A program made the translations under genes and the position numbers. Positions 8,976-18,652 of a stretch of DNA of 64,000 bases are shown here, in pieces. This DNA comes from Shigella phage ESh17: sequence record ON528727, one strand, 5' to 3'. Position 1 is the stretch's first letter; each line of letters opens with the position of its first letter. The notes beneath the pieces were generated by a model. That model saw only the letters and a list, made by a program, of their open reading frames with translations. It searched no databases and had not been told where the DNA came from.

Positions 8976-9533
8976 ATGTCAGAAACTAAGCCTAAATATA
9001 ATTACGTAAACAATAAAGAGCTTTTACAAGCTATTATTGATTGGAAAACAGAATTAGCAAATAATAAAGACCCAAATAAAGTAGTTCGTCAAAATGATAC
9101 TATCGGATTAGCCATTATGCTTATTGCAGAAGGCTTATCTAAACGTTTCAACTTTTCAGGATACACCCAGTCTTGGAAACAAGAAATGATTGCAGATGGT
9201 ATAGAAGCTTCTATTAAGGGGCTTCATAATTTTGATGAAACGAAATATAAAAACCCGCATGCGTATATAACTCAAGCTTGTTTTAATGCATTCGTCCAGC
9301 GTATTAAAAAAGAACGTAAGGAAGTTGCAAAGAAATATAGTTACTTCGTTCACAATGTCTATGACAGCCGTGACGACGATATGGTTGCGTTAGTAGATGA
9401 AACTTTTATTCAAGACATCTACGATAAAATGACGCATTACGAAGAATCAACCTATAGAACACCGGGGGCTGAAAAGAAAAGTGTTGTAGACGATTCTCCT
9501 AGTTTGGATTTTTTATATGAGGCTAACGATTAA
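8976..9533 (+). CDS. 55: late-transcription sigma factor gp55
   Basis: 185 aa from ATG 8976 (GAGGTG ribosome-binding site); N-terminus [21 protein letters not shown] matches recalled T4 gp55. Confidence 0.85.
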
Positions 9534-9735
9534 CCTCTCCGGATTCTTGGAAGAAATACCTGAAGTTGAAGCTATTCCCTATTTACTTAAAATGTATCTC
9601 AGGGAAGTTTTAGCTCTTGACATTGATATTGATCCAGAAAATCCGTATGATACCGCTTTTAAATCTAATGGTGTAGAATTAAATTACAGGTATCATTTAA
9701 CAGATGATGATTTTTATTTTATATTAGAGAAATAA
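9517..9735 (+). CDS. hypothetical protein (72 aa)
   Basis: ORF overlapping the gp55 3' end in another frame; start uncertain. Confidence 0.35.
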
Positions 9736-9736
9736 T

Positions 9737-10054
9737 ATGACTGATAAACCCGAAATTAATGATGAAGTGGAAAAGCTTATTTCTTCTATTGAAGAAAAGA
9801 ACCGTCTTGAAGCAGAAAGAAAAGCAAATAAGTTATTGTCTAAAAACAAACGCGAACTGAATCGTCTTTATAAGCACGCTCAGATCGCAGCTGAAAACAA
9901 TAATTTTGCTCAATACGAATATGCTATCAAGAAAAGTCGGGATATTCTAAAACAGCCATATAACGATGAACTTATCAGTATTCTTTGGAAGACTACTAGA
10001 TCGCAGATTGAGGATATGATTGATGCTTACACACGTAAAATTCAAGCGTCTTAA
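9737..10054 (+). CDS. hypothetical protein (105 aa)
   Basis: ATG ORF. Confidence 0.45.
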   Translation: MTDKPEINDEVEKLISSIEEKNRLEAERKANKLLSKNKRELNRLYKHAQIAAENNNFAQYEYAIKKSRDILKQPYNDELISILWKTTRSQIEDMIDAYTRKIQAS

Positions 10055-10226
10055 AATTAATGCAGGATTTACTGAATCTTTGAATGGTCATCTTTGTGTG
10101 AAAATTTCTGAAAAAGAATACCATGATAGTTCAATTAAAGAAGTTAATCCTCCTATTGTAAGAGCAGACCCTAATATGAAAGTGTGGGTTGATTCTTATC
10201 AAGTCAAAAAATGGTGGCAGTTATGA
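10020..10226 (+). CDS. hypothetical protein (68 aa)
   Basis: ATG ORF overlapping the upstream 3' end. Confidence 0.35.
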   Translation: MMLTHVKFKRLKINAGFTESLNGHLCVKISEKEYHDSSIKEVNPPIVRADPNMKVWVDSYQVKKWWQL

Positions 10227-10286
10227 AAGATGAACATCCAGACTTCTGAAATAGATTATAATAAAATTCGTTCCTCTAAAGAGGAA

Positions 10287-10403
10287 ATGATGAGACTCTT
10301 TAAAGCGTCTCATGATAAAGCTAAAGCAGAAGGAACTATAAAATATAAGCGCATAAAATTTAAAAGTTCTAACGAGCCTCTGTATGGCGTATTATGCGGA
10401 TAG
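10287..10403 (+). CDS. hypothetical small basic protein (38 aa)
   Basis: GAGGAAA then ATG 10287; ends at a hairpin; not in the supplied track (<60 aa). Confidence 0.3.
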   Translation: MMRLFKASHDKAKAEGTIKYKRIKFKSSNEPLYGVLCG

Positions 10404-10420
10404 GAGCTTCGGCTCCTATA
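10403..10420 (+). terminator. hairpin GGAGC-TTCG-GCTCC (weak T tail)
   Basis: UUCG tetraloop stem-loop. Confidence 0.4.
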
Positions 10421-10446
10421 TTGCTTTATAAATTTTTGGTAAAATA
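10421..10446 (+). promoter_or_regulatory. MotA-dependent middle promoter upstream of a-gt
   Basis: MotA box TTGCTTTA 10421-10428, then 11 nt, then TAAAAT 10440-10445. Confidence 0.5.
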
Positions 10447-10469
10447 AACCAAAACAAAGAGGATATTAA

Positions 10470-11672
10470 ATGAAAGTATGTATTTTTATGGCTCGAGGTC
10501 TTGAAGGTTGTGGTGTAACAAAATTCTCACTCGAGCAACGTGATTGGTTTATTAAAAATGGTCATGAAGTAACTTTGGTTTATGCTAAAGATAAATCATT
10601 TACTCGTAATTGCGCGCATGATTATAAATCATTTTCAATTCCGGTTTTATTGGCAAAAGAATATGATAAAACACTTAAGCTGGTAAATGATTGTGATATT
10701 CTAATTATCAATTCAGTTCCTGCTTCTTCGGTTGAAGAAGACACGATTAATAACTATAAAAAAATTATTGATAACATTAAACCTTCTGTTCGTGTTGTAG
10801 TTTATCAACATGACCATTCTTCTCTTTCTTTGCGTCGAAATTTGGGATTAGAAGAAACTGTTCGTCGAGCTGATGTTATTTTTAGCCATTCTGATAATGG
10901 TGATTTTAATAAAGTTCTGATGAAAGAGTGGTATCCAGAAACTGTTTCTCTGTTTGATGATATTGAAGAAGCACCGACCGTATATAACTTTCAGCCTCCT
11001 ATGGATATTGCGAAGGTTCGATCAACCTACTGGAAAGATGTTTCTGAAATTAACATGAATATCAACCGTTGGATTGGTCGTACGACTACATGGAAAGGTT
11101 TTTATCAGATGTTTGATTTTCACGAAAAACATCTTAAACCTGCAGGACTAAGTACTATTATGGAAGGTCTGGAACGTTCTCCAGCGTTCATTCCTATTAA
11201 AGAAAAAGGAATTCCATACGAGTATTATCGTCTTCATCAAGTAGACCAAATTAAAATTGCTCCTAATTTGCCAACGCAAATTCTTGACCGTTATGTAAAT
11301 AGCGAAATGCTTGAACGTATGAGTAAATCCGGATTTGGTTATCAGCTGAGTAAGTTGGACAAAAAATATCTACAGCGTTCTTTAGAATATACTCATCTCG
11401 AGCTTGGTGCATGCGGAACAATTCCGGTATTTTGGAAATCTACTGGCGAAAATTTAAAATTCCGTGTTGATAATACTCCTTTGACCTCGCATGATAGCGG
11501 TATCATTTGGTTTGATGAAAATGATATGGAATCAACATTTGAACGTATTAAAGAACTGTCATCTGACCGAACTCTTTATGACCGCGAACGTGAAAAAGCT
11601 TATGAATTTTTGTATCAGCATCAAGATTCAAGCTTCTGCTTTAAAGAACAGTTTGACATTATTACAAAATAA
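10470..11672 (+). CDS. agt: DNA alpha-glucosyltransferase
   Basis: 400 aa; position between 55 and 47 as in T4; length matches T4 alpha-gt. Confidence 0.8.
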   Translation: MKVCIFMARGLEGCGVTKFSLEQRDWFIKNGHEVTLVYAKDKSFTRNCAHDYKSFSIPVLLAKEYDKTLKLVNDCDILIINSVPASSVEEDTINNYKKIIDNIKPSVRVVVYQHDHSSLSLRRNLGLEETVRRADVIFSHSDNGDFNKVLMKEWYPETVSLFDDIEEAPTVYNFQPPMDIAKVRSTYWKDVSEINMNINRWIGRTTTWKGFYQMFDFHEKHLKPAGLSTIMEGLERSPAFIPIKEKGIPYEYYRLHQVDQIKIAPNLPTQILDRYVNSEMLERMSKSGFGYQLSKLDKKYLQRSLEYTHLELGACGTIPVFWKSTGENLKFRVDNTPLTSHDSGIIWFDENDMESTFERIKELSSDRTLYDREREKAYEFLYQHQDSSFCFKEQFDIITK

Positions 11673-11673
11673 A

Positions 11674-11692
11674 GGGCTTCGGCCCTTTAGCT
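11674..11692 (+). terminator. rho-independent terminator (GGGC-TTCG-GCCC + TTT)
   Basis: Tetraloop hairpin immediately after the agt stop. Confidence 0.6.
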
Positions 11693-11711
11693 TTATACGG
11701 AGTTTGATATA

Positions 11712-11852
11712 ATGATATTTCTTGGATACGTGATACTTTTTCTTGCATTTTATCTATTCACTAGAGCATGTTGGATTGGATTCTTTAGTACTCCAGATGG
11801 ATTTATTTCAATAATTTTATTTTGCATTTCAATGACGGTTCTTGATATATGA
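11712..11852 (+). CDS. small membrane protein (46 aa)
   Basis: ATG 11712; hydrophobic; stop overlaps the gene 47 start; not in the supplied track. Confidence 0.35.
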   Translation: MIFLGYVILFLAFYLFTRACWIGFFSTPDGFISIILFCISMTVLDI

Positions 11853-12868
11853 AAATTTTAAATTTAGGTGATTGGCATTTAGGCGTTAAAGCTGATGATG
11901 AGTGGGTTCAGTCCATTCAGTTGGATGGAATTAAACAAGCAATAGAATATTCTAAGAAAAATGGAATTACTACCTGGATTCAATATGGTGATATTTTTGA
12001 TGTGCGAAAAGCAATCACGCATAAAACTATGGAGTTCGCTCGTGAAATAGTTCAAATGCTTGATGATGCTGGTATTACCCTACATACTGTTGTAGGAAAC
12101 CATGATATGCACTTTAAAAATACTTTAACTCCAAATGCCTCTACTGAGCTTTTGGCTAAATATCCTAATGTTAAAGTATATGATAAGCCTACTACGGTAG
12201 ATTTTGACGGGTGTTTGATTGATTTGATTCCTTGGATGTGCGAAGAAAATACTGGTGAAATTCTTGAACACATCAAAACTTCATCTGCTTCTTTTTGTGT
12301 TGGTCACTGGGAACTGAATGGATTTTATTTTTATAAAGGAATGAAATCTCACGGTCTTGAACCTGATTTCCTTAAGACTTATAAAGAAGTGTGGTCTGGT
12401 CACTTCCATACTATCTCTGAGGCTGCTAACGTCAGATATATTGGGACACCATGGACACTAACTGCAGGTGACGAGAATGACCCTCGCGGGTTCTGGATGT
12501 TTGATACAGAAACAGAACGAATGGAATTTATTCCAAACAATACTACCTGGCATCGTAGAATTCATTATCCGTTTAAAGGAAAAATTGACTATAAAGATTT
12601 TACAAATCTATCAGTACGTGTTATAGTAACTGAAGTAGACAAAAATCTGACGAAGTTCGAATCTGAACTAGAAAAAGTTGTGCATTCATTACGAGTTGTG
12701 TCAAAAATTGATAACTCTGTCGAGTCAGATGACAGTGAAGAAGTTGAAGTTCAATCTCTTCAGACGTTGATGGAAGAATACATTAATGCAATTCCAGACA
12801 TCACTGATTCTGACCGTGAAGCACTTATTCAATATGCAAACCAGCTATATGTAGAGGCAACACAATGA
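11849..12868 (+). CDS. 47: recombination nuclease subunit gp47 (Mre11-like)
   Basis: 339 aa; phosphoesterase motifs GDWHLG and GNHD. Confidence 0.85.
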   Translation: MKILNLGDWHLGVKADDEWVQSIQLDGIKQAIEYSKKNGITTWIQYGDIFDVRKAITHKTMEFAREIVQMLDDAGITLHTVVGNHDMHFKNTLTPNASTELLAKYPNVKVYDKPTTVDFDGCLIDLIPWMCEENTGEILEHIKTSSASFCVGHWELNGFYFYKGMKSHGLEPDFLKTYKEVWSGHFHTISEAANVRYIGTPWTLTAGDENDPRGFWMFDTETERMEFIPNNTTWHRRIHYPFKGKIDYKDFTNLSVRVIVTEVDKNLTKFESELEKVVHSLRVVSKIDNSVESDDSEEVEVQSLQTLMEEYINAIPDITDSDREALIQYANQLYVEATQ

Positions 12869-13128
12869 CTTTTGATGAATTTAAAAATGTTATGATGAGT
12901 CAGCATTTTGAATGCGAAGTAAAAGATGATATTGGGCATAAAGAAATTATTGAATATTGGTTTGAACCGTTAGAGGTTGAAGATAATTGTATTAAAAAGG
13001 TTACAGTCTGCACTGACTGGGCTGTATCTTTTAACTTCAACATTTTAGATAATGACACACCTAAATCATTACAAGATATGGCTGTATCTTGTATTAAGGA
13101 TGCATACTGTGAAGTTTTCGACATTTGA
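12865..13128 (+). CDS. hypothetical protein (87 aa)
   Basis: ATGA overlap with gene 47. Confidence 0.45.
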   Translation: MTFDEFKNVMMSQHFECEVKDDIGHKEIIEYWFEPLEVEDNCIKKVTVCTDWAVSFNFNILDNDTPKSLQDMAVSCIKDAYCEVFDI

Positions 13129-13315
13129 CATTAATGATGAATTCATAGCAAATATTGATTACACCGAAGAAGATTCTAGATATGTTGGAATAATTTATAT
13201 CACATCAAAAGCAGCACAAGGTGTTGTTTGCATGGCTGAATTTGATGAATACTTTTTAGATTATGATGATATGATAGAATGGTCTAAAAGATACATTAAA
13301 AGGAATCTTTTGTGA
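13052..13315 (+). CDS. hypothetical protein (start uncertain)
   Basis: ORF overlapping the upstream gene; stop overlaps the gp46 GTG start. Confidence 0.35.
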   Translation: MTHLNHYKIWLYLVLRMHTVKFSTFDINDEFIANIDYTEEDSRYVGIIYITSKAAQGVVCMAEFDEYFLDYDDMIEWSKRYIKRNLL

Positions 13316-14994
13316 AGAATTTTAAACTAAACCGAGTTAGGTATCAAAATATAATGTCAGTAGGTGGAAATCCTATTGACATTCAATTAGATAAGGTTCA
13401 AAAAACTCTTATTACTGGACGAAATGGCGGTGGTAAGTCTACTATGTTAGAAGCCATCACATTTGGGCTTTTTGGCAAACCATTTCGTGATGTAAAGAAA
13501 GGTCAATTAATAAACAGCACAAATAAGAAAGAACTTTTAGTTGAACTGTGGATGGAATATGATGAGAAAAAGTACTATATCAAAAGAGGACAAAAACCAA
13601 ACGTTTTCGAAATCACCGTTAACGGTACACGTCTTAATGAATCTGCCAGCAGTAAAGATTTCCAAGCAGAATTTGAACAGCTTATCGGAATGTCATATGC
13701 CAGTTTCAAGCAGATTGTTGTCCTTGGTACAGCAGGGTATACCCCTTTCATGGGTTTGTCGACCCCTGCACGAAGAAAGCTTGTGGAAGACCTGCTTGAG
13801 GTAGGAACATTAGCTGAAATGGATAAGCTTAATAAAGCACTAATACGTGAATTAAATTCACAAAACCAAGTGCTTGATGTTAAAAAAGATAGTATTATCC
13901 AACAAATTAAAATATATAATGATAACGTTGAACGCCAGAAAAAATTAACGGGTGACAATCTTACTCGTCTGCAAAATATGTATGATGATTTGGCAAAAGA
14001 AGCTAGAACGCTAAAATCGGAAATAGAAGAAGCTAATGAAAGATTAGTTAATATTGTTTTAGACGAAGACCCGACTGATGCATTTAATAAAATCGGTCAA
14101 GAAGCAGTTTTAATTAAATCAAAAATTGACTCGTATAATAAAGTCATTAATATGTATCACGAAGGTGGATTATGTCCAACCTGTTTGTCACAATTGAGTT
14201 CCGGTGATAAAGTTGTTTCTAAAATTAAAGATAAAGTTTCTGAATGCACGCATTCGTTTGAACAGCTTTCAACACACCGTGATAATTTAAAAGTTCTTGT
14301 TGATGAATACCGAGATAATATTAAAACCCAGCAGTCGTTGGCAAATGATATTCGCAATAAAAAGCAATCTCTAATCACGACAGTAGATAAAGCTAAAAAA
14401 GTTAAAGCGGCTATAGAAAAAGCATCTTCTGAGTTTATTGACCATGCTGATGAAATAGCACTGCTTCAAGAAGAACTTGATAAAATTGTTAAGACAAAAA
14501 CTAATTTAGTAATGGAAAAATACCACCGAGGAATTTTGACTGATATGCTCAAAGATTCTGGTATTAAAGGTGCTATTATTAAAAAGTACATTCCATTATT
14601 TAATAAGCAGATTAACCATTATCTTAAAATAATGGAAGCGGATTATGTGTTTACATTAGATGAAGAATTTAATGAGACAATTAAATCCCGTGGTCGTGAA
14701 GATTTTAGTTATGCTTCATTCAGTCAAGGTGAAAAAGCACGAATTGATATTGCTCTTTTATTTACTTGGCGTGATATTGCTGAAAAAGTTTCAGGTGTTA
14801 AAATAAACACACTAATTCTTGATGAAGTTTTTGATTCAGCGACCGACGTTGAAGGTGTAAAAGCTATTTCAACTATTTTAGATAGTTTAAAAAATACTAA
14901 TGTTTTTGTTATTTCACATAGAGACCATGACCCACAAGCATATGGTCAGCATCTTCAAATGAAGAAAGTTGGTCGATTTACTGTAATGGTTTAA
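13312..14994 (+). CDS. 46: recombination ATPase gp46 (Rad50/SbcC-like)
   Basis: 560 aa; Walker A GRNGGGKST; coiled-coil middle; zinc hook CPTC; GTG start. Confidence 0.85.
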   Translation: MKNFKLNRVRYQNIMSVGGNPIDIQLDKVQKTLITGRNGGGKSTMLEAITFGLFGKPFRDVKKGQLINSTNKKELLVELWMEYDEKKYYIKRGQKPNVFEITVNGTRLNESASSKDFQAEFEQLIGMSYASFKQIVVLGTAGYTPFMGLSTPARRKLVEDLLEVGTLAEMDKLNKALIRELNSQNQVLDVKKDSIIQQIKIYNDNVERQKKLTGDNLTRLQNMYDDLAKEARTLKSEIEEANERLVNIVLDEDPTDAFNKIGQEAVLIKSKIDSYNKVINMYHEGGLCPTCLSQLSSGDKVVSKIKDKVSECTHSFEQLSTHRDNLKVLVDEYRDNIKTQQSLANDIRNKKQSLITTVDKAKKVKAAIEKASSEFIDHADEIALLQEELDKIVKTKTNLVMEKYHRGILTDMLKDSGIKGAIIKKYIPLFNKQINHYLKIMEADYVFTLDEEFNETIKSRGREDFSYASFSQGEKARIDIALLFTWRDIAEKVSGVKINTLILDEVFDSATDVEGVKAISTILDSLKNTNVFVISHRDHDPQAYGQHLQMKKVGRFTVMV

Positions 14995-15008
14995 TTTATA
15001 AGAGATTA

Positions 15009-15032
15009 TGCTTTAATTTATTAGAGTATAAT
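15009..15032 (+). promoter_or_regulatory. MotA-dependent middle promoter
   Basis: MotA box TGCTTTA 15009-15015, 11-nt spacer, TATAAT 15027-15032. Confidence 0.55.
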
Positions 15033-15049
15033 CTCTATGGAGGAAAAAC

Positions 15050-15238
15050 ATGGAATATTCAACTGGACAGCATCTATTAACTTTTCCTGAAATAAAACGA
15101 TATATTCTGAGAAATAATTTTTCTAATGAAGAGCATATAGTTACTGAATCTATGCTTAGGAATGCATTTAAAGCAGAATATACAAAAATAATGTCCAATA
15201 GAAATGAAGCTTGGACTGTTACTGATTATTATGACTAA
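15050..15238 (+). CDS. hypothetical protein (62 aa)
   Basis: GGAGGAAAA ribosome-binding site then ATG. Confidence 0.45.
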   Translation: MEYSTGQHLLTFPEIKRYILRNNFSNEEHIVTESMLRNAFKAEYTKIMSNRNEAWTVTDYYD

Positions 15239-15247
15239 AGGTGTATT

Positions 15248-15637
15248 ATGACTAAAATTACTGTGAATTATACTGTTGATGTAAAAGATATTCAGCCAAA
15301 ACACGTGCGTTCTGACTCAAATCCGCAAAACCAAAATAAAATTCGTCGCGCATGGGTTTTGTCTCTTTCTGATAACGCAATGGAAGTTATTCAGAACAAA
15401 ATTAAATCTGCACCTGCTCGTCATGCGTATTATGAAGCTATCGATCGTGAAGTAAGTAATAAATGGATTGAACTAATGCGCAAACATACTGCAGAATCCC
15501 TAAACGCCGGTGCTAAATTTATTATGACTTCATGTGGTGAACGCCTTGAAGATGAATATTGCGGTAATGCAGATGAACGCCTAATTGTTGCTGCTCAAAT
15601 TGTTGCTGAAACAATTGCGGCTGATTTTAATCGTTAA
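15248..15637 (+). CDS. rpbA: RNA polymerase-binding protein RpbA
   Basis: 129 aa; position immediately upstream of gene 45 as in T4. Confidence 0.65.
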   Translation: MTKITVNYTVDVKDIQPKHVRSDSNPQNQNKIRRAWVLSLSDNAMEVIQNKIKSAPARHAYYEAIDREVSNKWIELMRKHTAESLNAGAKFIMTSCGERLEDEYCGNADERLIVAAQIVAETIAADFNR

Positions 15638-15692
15638 TTGCTTTATTAAATTAGTTATAAAATTAAATCTCATTTGAATTGAAGGAAATTAC

Positions 15693-16379
15693 ATGAAACT
15701 GTCTAAAGATACTACTGCTCTGCTTAAAAATTTCGCTACTATTAACTCCGGTATTATGCTTAAATCCGGTCAATTTATTATGACTCGTGCGGTTAATGGT
15801 ACAACTTATGCGGAAGCAAATATTTCTGACGTTATTGATTTTGATGTAGCAATTTACGATTTGAACGGTTTTCTCGGTATTCTGTCTCTAGTTAATGATG
15901 ATGCAGAAATTTCCCAGTCAGAAGATGGAAATATTAAAATTGCTGATGCCCGCTCAACAATTTTTTGGCCAGCAGCAGATCCGAGTACAGTAGTTGCTCC
16001 TAATAAACCAATTCCATTCCCGGTAGCATCTGTTGTTACTGAAATTAAAGCTGAAGACCTTCAACAACTGTTGCGTGTATCTCGTGGTCTGCAAATTGAT
16101 ACAATTGCTATCACGGTAAAAGAAGGTAAAATCGTAATTAATGGTTTTAATAAAGTAGAAGATTCTGCTCTTACCCGTGTTAAATATTCTTTGACTCTTG
16201 GTGATTATGATGGTGAAAATACATTTAATTTCATTATCAATATGGCAAATATGAAAATGCAACCAGGAAATTATAAACTTCTGCTCTGGGCAAAAGGTAA
16301 ACAAGGCGCTGCTAAATTTGAAGGTGAACACGCGAATTATGTAGTAGCTCTTGAAGCTGATTCTACCCACGATTTTTAA
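15693..16379 (+). CDS. 45: sliding clamp gp45
   Basis: 228 aa; sequence recalled as T4 gp45. Confidence 0.9.
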   Translation: MKLSKDTTALLKNFATINSGIMLKSGQFIMTRAVNGTTYAEANISDVIDFDVAIYDLNGFLGILSLVNDDAEISQSEDGNIKIADARSTIFWPAADPSTVVAPNKPIPFPVASVVTEIKAEDLQQLLRVSRGLQIDTIAITVKEGKIVINGFNKVEDSALTRVKYSLTLGDYDGENTFNFIINMANMKMQPGNYKLLLWAKGKQGAAKFEGEHANYVVALEADSTHDF

Positions 16380-16383
16380 TAGA

Positions 16384-16400
16384 GGGCTTCGGCCCTTTAT
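16384..16400 (+). terminator. hairpin GGGC-TTCG-GCCC + TTTAT
   Basis: Tetraloop hairpin between genes 45 and 44. Confidence 0.5.
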
Positions 16401-16430
16401 AATTTACACTAAAACTTGAATGAGGAAATT

Positions 16431-17390
16431 ATGATTACCGTAAATGAAAAAGAACACATTCTTGAACAGAAATATCGTCCATCTACTATCGATGAATGTA
16501 TTCTTCCCGCCTTTGATAAAGAAACCTTTAAATCTATTACAAGTAAAGGTAAGATTCCACATATTATTCTTCATTCTCCTTCTCCAGGAACAGGTAAAAC
16601 AACTGTAGCAAAAGCATTGTGTCATGATGTAAATGCTGATATGATGTTTGTGAATGGATCAGATTGTAAAATTGATTTCGTTCGTGGTCCTTTGACTAAT
16701 TTTGCCAGCGCCGCTTCATTTGATGGTCGTCAAAAAGTAATCGTTATTGATGAATTTGACCGCTCAGGGTTAGCAGAGTCTCAGCGACATCTTCGTTCCT
16801 TTATGGAAGCTTATAGTTCAAACTGTAGTATTATTATTACTGCTAACAATATTGATGGTATTATTAAACCACTTCAGTCACGCTGTCGAGTTATTACATT
16901 CGGTCAACCGACCGATGAAGATAAAATTGAAATGATGAAGCAGATGATTCGTCGATTGACTGAAATCTGTAAACATGAAGGTATTGCTATAGCTGATATG
17001 AAAGTTGTAGCAGCTTTGGTTAAAAAGAATTTTCCTGATTTTCGTAAAACTATTGGCGAGCTCGATAGTTATTCATCTAAAGGTGTTTTGGATGCTGGTA
17101 TTTTATCACTGGTTACTAACGATCGTGGTGCTATTGATGATGTTCTTGAGTCTCTCAAAAATAAAGATGTTAAACAACTCAGAGCTTTAGCACCAAAATA
17201 TGCAGCAGATTATTCTTGGTTTATTGGTAAACTTGCCGAAGAAATCTATTCACGTGTAACACCACAGAGTATTATTCGTATGTACGAAATTGTCGGCGAA
17301 AATAATCAGTATCATGGTATTGCAGCTAATACTGAATTGCATTTAGCTTATCTTTTCATTCAATTAGCATGCGAAATGCAGTGGAAGTGA
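16431..17390 (+). CDS. 44: clamp loader large subunit gp44 (AAA+)
   Basis: 319 aa from ATG 16431 (GAGGAAA ribosome-binding site); Walker A GTGKTT; track start 16416 is a TTG extension. Confidence 0.9.
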   Translation: MITVNEKEHILEQKYRPSTIDECILPAFDKETFKSITSKGKIPHIILHSPSPGTGKTTVAKALCHDVNADMMFVNGSDCKIDFVRGPLTNFASAASFDGRQKVIVIDEFDRSGLAESQRHLRSFMEAYSSNCSIIITANNIDGIIKPLQSRCRVITFGQPTDEDKIEMMKQMIRRLTEICKHEGIAIADMKVVAALVKKNFPDFRKTIGELDSYSSKGVLDAGILSLVTNDRGAIDDVLESLKNKDVKQLRALAPKYAADYSWFIGKLAEEIYSRVTPQSIIRMYEIVGENNQYHGIAANTELHLAYLFIQLACEMQWK

Positions 17391-17391
17391 T

Positions 17392-17955
17392 ATGAGCTTA
17401 TTTGAAGATGATATTCAATTAAACGAGCATCAAGTTGCTTGGTATTCTAAAGATTGGACAGCTGTCCAATCTGCTGCTGATACTTTTAAAGAAAAAGCTG
17501 AAAATGAATTTTTTGAAATAATTGGAGCTATTAATAATAAAACTAAATGCTCTATTGCTCAAAAAGATTATTCAAAATTCATGGTTGAAAATGCATTATC
17601 ACAATTTCCAGAGTGCATGCCAGCTGTATATGCTATGAATTTAATTGGATCAGGCTTAAGTGATGAAGCTCATTTTAATTATCTAATGGCTGCAGTTCCT
17701 CGTGGTAAAAGATATGGTAAATGGGCAAAACTAGTTGAAGATTCCACCGAAGTATTGATTATTAAGTTACTTGCTAAGCGGTATCAAGTTAATACAAATG
17801 ATGCAATTAACTATAAATCAATTCTTACTAAAAATGGAAAACTACCTTTAGTATTAAAAGAACTTAAAGGATTAGTCACGGATGATTTTTTAAAAGAAGT
17901 GACTAAGAACGTAAAAGAACAGAAACAACTCAAAAAACTAGCATTGGAATGGTAA
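17392..17955 (+). CDS. 62: clamp loader small subunit gp62
   Basis: 187 aa; tightly coupled downstream of gene 44. Confidence 0.85.
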   Translation: MSLFEDDIQLNEHQVAWYSKDWTAVQSAADTFKEKAENEFFEIIGAINNKTKCSIAQKDYSKFMVENALSQFPECMPAVYAMNLIGSGLSDEAHFNYLMAAVPRGKRYGKWAKLVEDSTEVLIIKLLAKRYQVNTNDAINYKSILTKNGKLPLVLKELKGLVTDDFLKEVTKNVKEQKQLKKLALEW

Positions 17956-17956
17956 A

Positions 17957-18325
17957 ATGATTGAAATTACTCTTAAAAAACCTGAAGATTTTCTGAAAGT
18001 AAAAGAAACTTTGACTCGTATGGGAATTGCTAATAATAAAGATAAAGTTCTGTATCAGTCCTGTCATATTCTTCAGAAAAAAGGACTATACTATATCGTT
18101 CATTTTAAAGAAATGCTTCGTATGGATGGCCGTCAAGTTGAAATGACAGAAGAAGATGAAGTTCGTCGTGATTCGATTGCATGGCTGTTAGAAGATTGGG
18201 GACTGATTGAAATCGTTCCTGGACAAAGAACTTTTATGAAAGATTTAACTAATAACTTCCGAGTTATTTCTTTTAAACAAAAACATGAATGGAAACTCGT
18301 TCCTAAATATACGATTGGTAATTAA
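17957..18325 (+). CDS. regA: translational repressor RegA
   Basis: 122 aa; position after gene 62. Confidence 0.85.
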   Translation: MIEITLKKPEDFLKVKETLTRMGIANNKDKVLYQSCHILQKKGLYYIVHFKEMLRMDGRQVEMTEEDEVRRDSIAWLLEDWGLIEIVPGQRTFMKDLTNNFRVISFKQKHEWKLVPKYTIGN

Positions 18326-18335
18326 GGTAAATTAT

Positions 18336-18572
18336 ATGACACAATCAGAGATTCAGTTTACCGAAGCTTTTCTAATATTCGAAAATCTAAAACAAACATA
18401 TGGTCTGTCTTCTACCCAACTGGTTTTTGACCTCCCGGAAGATAAACAAATAGAATTCCAAAAAGAATTCCAACGATTAGTTTACCCACGCCAACGCGCA
18501 TTTCATGCGATTATCAAAACCACAAATAAAGATGGCAAGTCCGTTATATCGCGTCGTACAATAGAAATTTAA
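18336..18572 (+). CDS. hypothetical protein (78 aa from ATG 18336)
   Basis: ATG in frame with track ORF 18285..; followed by a terminator. Confidence 0.4.
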   Translation: MTQSEIQFTEAFLIFENLKQTYGLSSTQLVFDLPEDKQIEFQKEFQRLVYPRQRAFHAIIKTTNKDGKSVISRRTIEI

Positions 18573-18578
18573 AGCAAA

Positions 18579-18598
18579 GGGGCTTCGGCCCCTTATTT
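18579..18598 (+). terminator. rho-independent terminator (GGGGC-TTCG-GCCCC + TTATTT)
   Basis: Tetraloop hairpin. Confidence 0.6.
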
Positions 18599-18615
18599 GG
18601 AGTATAATATATCAA

Positions 18616-18652
18616 GAGCCTAATAACTCGGGCTATAAACTAAGGAATATCT
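18616..18652 (+). promoter_or_regulatory. candidate gp43 translational operator (hairpin plus ribosome-binding site)
   Basis: Short hairpin AGCC-loop-GGCT at 18617-18634 followed by AAGGAA and the gene 43 ATG; T4 gp43 is known to autoregulate at such an mRNA site. Confidence 0.45.
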
